NCBI GenBank assembly: GCA_038858525.1
Contig: JAWCFL010000002.1
Span: 29,987-61,986 of the forward strand
DNA length: 32,000 nucleotides
Reading direction: 5' to 3'
Source of the DNA: Candidatus Jordarchaeales archaeon
GTDB taxonomy: Archaea > Asgardarchaeota > Jordiarchaeia > Jordiarchaeales > Freyrarchaeaceae
In this document: positions 26,407-32,000 of the stretch, piece after piece
Layout: each line of letters opens with the position of its first letter
Position numbering within the stretch: position 1 is the first letter of the stretch
The notes under the pieces: model-generated
The model's database searches: none
What the model was told of the DNA's origin: nothing
What the model saw: the letters and a program-made list of their open reading frames with translations, nothing else
Translations under genes and position numbers: made by a program

Positions 26407-27864
26407 CTAAATTTCTGGCTTTTTAAGGTTAAACTTGGTGTGTTCTTGGAAAGCGTATGCCACTTTGAGAATTTTTTCTTCCCCGAAAAATCCACCGATC
26501 ACCTGAAGCCCGACTGGAAGCCCATCCACGAAGCCACAAGGCACTGAGATCGACGGGACCCCTGCTAGATTTACTGGAACCGTGTCGATGTCCATCATGT
26601 ACATGGTTAAAGGATCTTCTATTATTTCTCCTATTTTGAAGGGGAGGATGGGCATTGTCGGCGCAACAAGCACGTCAAACTTGGCTAGGGCCTTTTCGAA
26701 CTCTCTCTTTATCAGTGTTCTGACCTTCAGCGCTTTTAGGTAATACTTGTCGTAGTATCCTGCTGAGAGGGCGAATGTCCCTAGGAGTATCCTACGCTTT
26801 ACTTCCTCTCCGAAGCCCTCACTACGAGTAGCGGAGAAAACTTCGTTCCAGTCTCCATCGCACTTCGCCGTGAAGCCGTACCTCAAACCGTCAAAACGCG
26901 CCAAGTTAGAGCTGGCTTCCGACATCGCTATAAGGTAATATGTAGGAACAACATATTCCAAGTAGGAAATGCTCGTCTCACCACACGTAGCTCCCAGGTC
27001 CTCTAATATGCTGACGGCACTTAAAACCGACTTCTCAACCCTTTCGTCTAAACCAGCAGCAAAAAATTCTCTTGGAACCCCAACCTTAACGTTTTTAATA
27101 TCGCCGTTGATGGCACTCGTATAATCGTATGGAGAGCGAGGAGCGGACGTGCTGTCTCTAGGATCATGGCCCGCTATAGCGGTGAGAAGCATTGCACAGT
27201 CCAATACGTCTTTAGCCATGGGGCCTATCTGCTCTAAGCTATTTGCATAGGCGACTAAGCCATACCTGCTTACAAGCCCGTAGGTCGGCTTTAATCCTAC
27301 AACGGAACAGAAGCTTGCAGGACATCTAATAGAGCCGCCAGTATCACTTCCAAGAGCAAGTACTGTTTCATCAGAAGTTAGAGCTGCAGCGCTCCCACCG
27401 GAGGAGCCGCCAGGAACCCTTGTGAGGTCCCACGGGTTACGTGTACAACCGAAAAAGCTGGTTTCGGTGGAGTTCCCCATGGCGAACTCATCCATATTCG
27501 TCTTCCCAATTATTATTCCGCCTGCAGCTTCTATTTTTTCTACCACCGTGGCACTGTAGGGGGGAATGTAGTTGCTAAGCATTTTCGAGCCGCACGTTGT
27601 AAGTTTTCCGCGAGTGCAAATATTATCTTTAACGGCTACAGGGATTCCTGCGAGAAGCCCTACGCTTTCCCCCCTTCTAATCTTCCTGTCGATCTCTCTT
27701 GCTTTCTCTAAAGCATCCTCCTTGAAAGTAGATATGAAGGCGTTTATTTTACTCTCCACTTCGTCTATGCGCCTGAAAACATGCTCAACTACTTCCTCTG
27801 CCGTAACTGTCTGTGCCTTAATCATCTCGACGAGTTCGTGGCATGTTAAGCGGTTGAGATGCAA
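26407..27864 (-). CDS. gatA: Amidotransferase subunit A
   Basis: [29 protein letters not shown] and [13 protein letters not shown] amidase signature. Likely TTG start at 27864, after the gatC stop. Confidence 0.97.
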   Translation of the reverse strand: MHLNRLTCHELVEMIKAQTVTAEEVVEHVFRRIDEVESKINAFISTFKEDALEKAREIDRKIRRGESVGLLAGIPVAVKDNICTRGKLTTCGSKMLSNYIPPYSATVVEKIEAAGGIIIGKTNMDEFAMGNSTETSFFGCTRNPWDLTRVPGGSSGGSAAALTSDETVLALGSDTGGSIRCPASFCSVVGLKPTYGLVSRYGLVAYANSLEQIGPMAKDVLDCAMLLTAIAGHDPRDSTSAPRSPYDYTSAINGDIKNVKVGVPREFFAAGLDERVEKSVLSAVSILEDLGATCGETSISYLEYVVPTYYLIAMSEASSNLARFDGLRYGFTAKCDGDWNEVFSATRSEGFGEEVKRRILLGTFALSAGYYDKYYLKALKVRTLIKREFEKALAKFDVLVAPTMPILPFKIGEIIEDPLTMYMMDIDTVPVNLAGVPSISVPCGFVDGLPVGLQVIGGFFGEEKILKVAYAFQEHTKFNLKKPEI

Positions 27865-27883
27865 CCCCACACACCCTTCTATT

Positions 27884-28165
27884 TTAAAGTATTTTTGGAG
27901 CTTTAACGAATCCATCCTCGCTTTCACGTGCGCTTTTTAGAGCTACTTCTTGGGGAAGAGACTCCCTCTCTTCGTCATCACGAAAAACGTTGTGGAGCTC
28001 CAGCACGTGAAACGTCGGCTCTACGCTGGACGTGTCAACTTTGCTGATCACGTTAAAGTACTCGAGTATCTCGCTCAGCTGACGTGCGAACTTTTCCTTT
28101 TCCTCCTCTGAAAGTTTTATCCTGGCCAGCCATGCAACGTGCTCCACGACTTCCTTCGTGATCAC
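27884..28165 (-). CDS. gatC: Amidotransferase subunit C
   Basis: [17 protein letters not shown]...VDTSSVEPT...FRDD...GFVKAPKI. Confidence 0.95.
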   Translation of the reverse strand: MITKEVVEHVAWLARIKLSEEEKEKFARQLSEILEYFNVISKVDTSSVEPTFHVLELHNVFRDDEERESLPQEVALKSARESEDGFVKAPKIL

Positions 28166-28863
28166 TTTTCCACGCTCCCCTTCTCAGTTAACTCAGCTTT
28201 CTTAATTAAGAATTGCCCCCGGTAGCCGTCCCAGCAAATTTCTGACTCGACAACCTTAATCCTACTCTTAAAGAAAGGAGCGTCTAACACCACGGTCTCG
28301 TATTCTCCCCCTTCACCCGCAATGCTGACCCCGTATCTTTTCTTAAGAAGGATTAGGTCGGCGATGGCGCTGTGGTCTAATCTTCTCCCAAGCCAGTTAT
28401 GTGTGAATCCTAAAGCGTAAACACCGGAAAAACGGACGTCGAAACCAGAGTTCACGAGGTTTAAGAGCAGAATTGTTTCATTCACATGCCAAAACGGCGT
28501 CAAGCTTTTTAGCCCCAACTTCGCACAAACGGCGTCTATACGATTCTTTTGATACTCGCTCGAAATGACTCCTGAAACAACCACGTCTACGTCAAGTTTT
28601 TCGAGCAGTTTCTCAAGCTCCAACGCTTCTTTCTCTTTCAACCCGGACGATGAAGAGGAAATATAAGGGAGCTGAGCGGCTTTTGCCTGCAACTCAGTTA
28701 GGTTAATGTTTGGCACATGGAACATGTAGCTGTCTTCTCTGCTTGGGATCATTGATATGAGCGCTTCAACATTTAGTTGGCGGTTAAGTGCCCATAGCAA
28801 AGCCAAGCTCGAGTCTTTACCACCGCTGAAGAGCACAACTGCCTTTAAGCCGGATAAAGACAA
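28162..28863 (-). CDS. dph6: Diphthine-ammonia ligase family (PP-loop ATP pyrophosphatase)
   Basis: LFSGGKDS, DSYMFH, SGVISSEYQ and AGEGGEYETVVLDAPFF. TTG 28863 follows AAAGGTGA. Confidence 0.92.
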   Translation of the reverse strand: MSLSGLKAVVLFSGGKDSSLALLWALNRQLNVEALISMIPSREDSYMFHVPNINLTELQAKAAQLPYISSSSSGLKEKEALELEKLLEKLDVDVVVSGVISSEYQKNRIDAVCAKLGLKSLTPFWHVNETILLLNLVNSGFDVRFSGVYALGFTHNWLGRRLDHSAIADLILLKKRYGVSIAGEGGEYETVVLDAPFFKSRIKVVESEICWDGYRGQFLIKKAELTEKGSVEK

Positions 28864-28999
28864 CTCTACGTCACCTTTAAAAAACCAACATAAAAACTGA
28901 TTTAAATACGTGTCCACGTAAAGAGCTCAACGTGGGGAGAACGTAAAGTTTATTTGACGATTATGCGGTTTCCTCTCTAAGGCTGAAAGGGTGTGAACT
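28864..28999. promoter_or_regulatory. Divergent promoter region between dph6 and rps13
   Basis: TATTTAAA on the minus strand near 28901-28909 and AAAGTTTATTT on the plus strand at 28945-28955. Both are TATA-like and about 40-50 nt upstream of the respective starts. Confidence 0.4.
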
Positions 29000-29452
29000 T
29001 TGTCGACGGCAGGCTATAGGCATATAATTAGGATTGCCGGAACGGATTTGGATGGAAGTAACAGATTGGAGCATGCGCTGACAGGGATAAAGGGAGTAGG
29101 TGCGCGGATGGCGCGCGCTATACTGACAGCCTTAAATATGGACCCTGATAAGAGGCTGGGGTTCCTGACAGACGTGGAAGTGAAAAAGATAGAGGAGGCA
29201 TTGATGAATCCTGCCTCCGTTAATGTCCCCTCATGGATGTTGAATCGCCGTAAGGACCTAGATACAGGTAAGGATATACATCTCACTGGTTCCAACTTGG
29301 TGTTAACCATTAAGAACGACATAGAGCTCATGAAGAGGATTAGATGCTGGAAGGGCGTGCGTCACGCTCTTGGATTGAAGGTTCGAGGACAAAGAACGAA
29401 GACCACCGGTCGTAAAGGACGAACTGTAGGTGTCCATAGAAAGAAGAAGTGA
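29000..29452 (+). CDS. rps13: 30S ribosomal protein S13 (uS13)
   Basis: RHIIRIAGTDLDG, IKGVG, WMLNRRKD and GLKVRGQRTKTTGR. Confidence 0.98.
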   Translation: MSTAGYRHIIRIAGTDLDGSNRLEHALTGIKGVGARMARAILTALNMDPDKRLGFLTDVEVKKIEEALMNPASVNVPSWMLNRRKDLDTGKDIHLTGSNLVLTIKNDIELMKRIRCWKGVRHALGLKVRGQRTKTTGRKGRTVGVHRKKK

Positions 29453-29467
29453 AAAGGGTGCTTCTAA

Positions 29468-29992
29468 ATGGGCGACATAAAGAGATCAAAGAAAAAGTAT
29501 ATTACTCCGCGTAAGCCTTGGGATAAGGAGCGCCTCCACAAAGAAATAACCTTAGTAGGCAAGTATGGGCTGAGAAATAAGCGAGAACTTTGGCGAGCTC
29601 AGGCCATCCTTCGTGGTTTCAGGGAGAGAGCTCGAAAAGCTATGGCGTTACCGCAAGAAGAGAGGGAGAAGCAGAGAAAGGAAATCGTCAGTAAACTTCA
29701 CAGATGGGGTATACTTCCTCCGGATTCCACATTGGATGACGTCTTAGCTTTAACCGTTGAAAACTTTCTTGACAGACGGCTGCAAACACTTGTGGTGGCG
29801 AAAGGACTTGCAAAGTCCGTCTATCAAGCTAGGCAACTTATAACGCATGGACATATAGCGGTGGCAGGAAGAAGGGTGACGCGGCCAAGTTACATTGTGG
29901 ATAGGATGCTTGAGGATAAGATCGATTACGCTCCTACGTCACCCCTCAAGAATTCCGATCACCCGATACGTAAAGCGCTAACAGGAGCATGA
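29468..29992 (+). CDS. rps4: 30S ribosomal protein S4 (uS4)
   Basis: KYGLRNKRELW, RRLQT and ARQLITHGHI. Confidence 0.98.
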   Translation: MGDIKRSKKKYITPRKPWDKERLHKEITLVGKYGLRNKRELWRAQAILRGFRERARKAMALPQEEREKQRKEIVSKLHRWGILPPDSTLDDVLALTVENFLDRRLQTLVVAKGLAKSVYQARQLITHGHIAVAGRRVTRPSYIVDRMLEDKIDYAPTSPLKNSDHPIRKALTGA

Positions 29993-30017
29993 ATGGAAAA
30001 GGAGAAAAGGGTGTTAA

Positions 30018-30434
30018 ATGATGAGTAGCGGGAAGGCTGAAGAGAAAAAGAAGGCAAAGTGGGGTATCGCCCACATTTATAGCTCATTCAATGATACTAT
30101 AATTACCATAACTGATCTAACAGGAGCCGAGACAATAGCCAGATATAGTGGAGGAATGATCGTTAAAGCCGACCGAGAGGAGTCCTCACCCTACGCCGCA
30201 ATGCAGGCAGCTTTCAGAGCGGCTAGAGAGGCTATGGAGAAGGGTATCGTCGGGATTAACATTAAGGTAAGGGCTCCCGGTGGCCACGGCCCAAAGACCC
30301 CTGGGCCAGGGGCGCAAGCGGCGATCAGGGCGCTGGCCAGAGCAGGGCTAAGAATAGGGAGAATAGAAGAGGTAACGCCTATTCCTCACGACGGAACCCG
30401 GCAACCCGGTGGGAGAAGAGGACGTAGAGTGTAA
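30018..30434 (+). CDS. rps11: 30S ribosomal protein S11 (uS11)
   Basis: [34 protein letters not shown] and PHDGTR...GRRGRRV. Confidence 0.98.
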   Translation: MMSSGKAEEKKKAKWGIAHIYSSFNDTIITITDLTGAETIARYSGGMIVKADREESSPYAAMQAAFRAAREAMEKGIVGINIKVRAPGGHGPKTPGPGAQAAIRALARAGLRIGRIEEVTPIPHDGTRQPGGRRGRRV

Positions 30435-30462
30435 TTCCCCTTTTTATACTGGTGGTGATTCA

Positions 30463-31281
30463 TTGAACGTTAAGATAATTAGGCTAGAAGGAAACGAGTT
30501 TCGCTTCATTTTGGAAGGAGTGGACGTTTCCGTGGCTAATGCGCTTCGCAGAGTAATGCTAGCGGAAGTCCCGTCAATGGCTATTGATGAGGTGATAATA
30601 ATCGAGAACACCTCCCCTGTTTTTGATGAAATGCTGGCACATAGGTTAGGACTTATTCCGCTTGTAACAGATCTGGAAAGCTACGTTTTACCTGAGGAGT
30701 GTGACTGTAAAGGGGAGGGGTGCATTAAGTGCACTTTGACGCTTACTTTGGAGAAAGAGGCGGAGGAGGAGGGGGTGATCGTCTATTCAAGTGACCTGCA
30801 GTCTCAGGACCCTGTTGTGCGACCAGTTAGTGACAAAATACCTATCGCGAAGATGGCTAGAGGTCAAAGAATAGTTTTAGAGGCACACGCTAAGTTGGGA
30901 AAGGGTAAGGTTCATGCTAAGTGGCAGCCGGTTTCAACTTGCGCATACAAGTATATGCCAATTCTAGAGATCAACCAAGAAAAGTGTCTTCGATGCGGAG
31001 ACTGCGTATCCTTTTGTCCGAAGAAGGTTCTGGCGATTGAGGGGGAAAAGCTGGTCGTAAAAAATATTTTTGATTGTTCATTGTGTAAGTCATGTGAGGA
31101 GAGCTGCCGCTTTGACGCTATAAAGGTGTCTTGGGATGACAAGTCTTTCATCTTCAACGTTGAATCTACGGGGGCACTTCCACCTAGCGATATAGTTCGT
31201 GTGGCGATTAACATACTTTTAAGGAAGCTTTCCGATTTAGAGGAAGGCTTATCTATAGCAGTTAAGGAGGAAGCGCATTGA
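30463..31281 (+). CDS. rpoD: DNA-directed RNA polymerase subunit D (Rpo3) with a ferredoxin-like Fe-S domain
   Basis: [46 protein letters not shown] and [14 protein letters not shown] 30463 follows GGTGGTGA. Confidence 0.97.
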   Translation: MNVKIIRLEGNEFRFILEGVDVSVANALRRVMLAEVPSMAIDEVIIIENTSPVFDEMLAHRLGLIPLVTDLESYVLPEECDCKGEGCIKCTLTLTLEKEAEEEGVIVYSSDLQSQDPVVRPVSDKIPIAKMARGQRIVLEAHAKLGKGKVHAKWQPVSTCAYKYMPILEINQEKCLRCGDCVSFCPKKVLAIEGEKLVVKNIFDCSLCKSCEESCRFDAIKVSWDDKSFIFNVESTGALPPSDIVRVAINILLRKLSDLEEGLSIAVKEEAH

Positions 31282-31640
31282 AGGTTACCGGTCCAACCGA
31301 CCCTAACGTTAGAAGACTGATAGTCGCCCTCGAAAAAATGGCGAAGGCTGAGAGGGCGAAAATATGGAAGGACATATCTGAAAGACTGAAGAAGCCTAGA
31401 CGAAACAGGGTAGCAGTTAACCTTTCAAGGATAAACAGGTGTACGAAAGATGGGGATACCGTAGTTGTCCCCGGTAAAGTGCTTGGGTCAGGATTTCTTA
31501 GTCACAAGCTCTGTATAGCGGCCCTATCGTTTTCTGAAGCTGCTATAGAGAAAACGAGAAGTGCTGGAGGAGAATGTATATCGATTAGCGAGCTCATGAA
31601 GAGGAACCCTAAGGGCAGCGATGTTAAAATAATTACTTGA
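31278..31640 (+). CDS. rpl18e: 50S ribosomal protein L18e (eL18)
   Basis: [26 protein letters not shown] and NPKGS. Confidence 0.97.
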   Translation: MKVTGPTDPNVRRLIVALEKMAKAERAKIWKDISERLKKPRRNRVAVNLSRINRCTKDGDTVVVPGKVLGSGFLSHKLCIAALSFSEAAIEKTRSAGGECISISELMKRNPKGSDVKIIT

Positions 31641-31654
31641 AAAGGTGATGAGGC

Positions 31655-32000
31655 ATGGAAGACTCCATCGTTATCGATGCAACTGACCTAGTTCTTGGTA
31701 GAATGGCCAGTGTTGTAGCGAAGCATCTTCTTAACGGAGAACGTGTCACTATAATAAACGCCGAAAAGGCGGTGGTGACGGGAAATCCAAGATTTATTAA
31801 AGAAAAATATAAAAAGTTCCTTCAGATAAGGACGATTACCGCTCCATGGAAGGGGCCAATACACTACAGGAGACCTGACAGGCTAGTTAGACGGACGATC
31901 AGAGGCATGTTACCATGGAAGAAGGCGCGAGGAAGGGAGGCATATAAGCGGTTAAGAGTATACATAGGCATTCCTGAGTTCCTTTCAGGAGTTAACGCAC
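31655..32000 (+). CDS. rpl13: 50S ribosomal protein L13 (uL13), partial; runs off the window end
   Basis: Not in the ORF track; translated by hand: [43 protein letters not shown]...[17 protein letters not shown]. Confidence 0.96.
   Translation, partial: MEDSIVIDATDLVLGRMASVVAKHLLNGERVTIINAEKAVVTGNPRFIKEKYKKFLQIRTITAPWKGPIHYRRPDRLVRRTIRGMLPWKKARGREAYKRLRVYIGIPEFLSGVNA

Noticed and set aside
28918-31654. tRNA genes often found around rps13 and rpoD-rpl18e in archaea
   Set aside because: The spacers are too short or lack T-loop (GTTCRA) and acceptor-stem patterns.

Overview
32 kb of an archaeal chromosome (strong GGAGG(TG) Shine-Dalgarno sites, many TTG starts), about 37 CDS, mostly housekeeping. 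No tRNA, rRNA, CRISPR array or mobile element was recognised. Left to right: (i) a truncated, membrane-anchored TgpA/transglutaminase-like gene that the ORF track missed; (ii) a tight operon of RsmB-type m5C methyltransferase, GT2, processive GT2 and an unusual DUF362::Gfo/Idh/MocA fusion; (iii) an SxxC thioredoxin-like gene paired with a coiled-coil/winged-helix gene, then a THEP1 NTPase, a PD-(D/E)XK nuclease, a DegT aminotransferase and a RimI-like GNAT; (iv) minimal SufCB (SMS-type); (v) ugd coupled to archaeosine tRNA-guanine transglycosylase; (vi) a small longin/roadblock-like orphan, an APC permease and a tandem USP; (vii) rpl37e-Lsm, a 560-nt unexplained gap, moaE and a YfcE-type phosphoesterase; (viii) a 7.4-kb minus-strand run dph6-gatCAB-PAC2-hsp20-aIF5A-nob1-NSUN6-like; (ix) rps13-rps4-rps11-rpoD-rpl18e-rpl13. 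Gene content fits a TACK or Asgard archaeon, and the longin-like protein hints at Asgard; this is inference, with no database search. The best leads for something undescribed are the DUF362::oxidoreductase fusion in a glycan-synthesis cassette, the longin-like orphan, the SxxC-Trx/wHTH pair, and the repeated coupling of RNA-modification genes to sugar genes.
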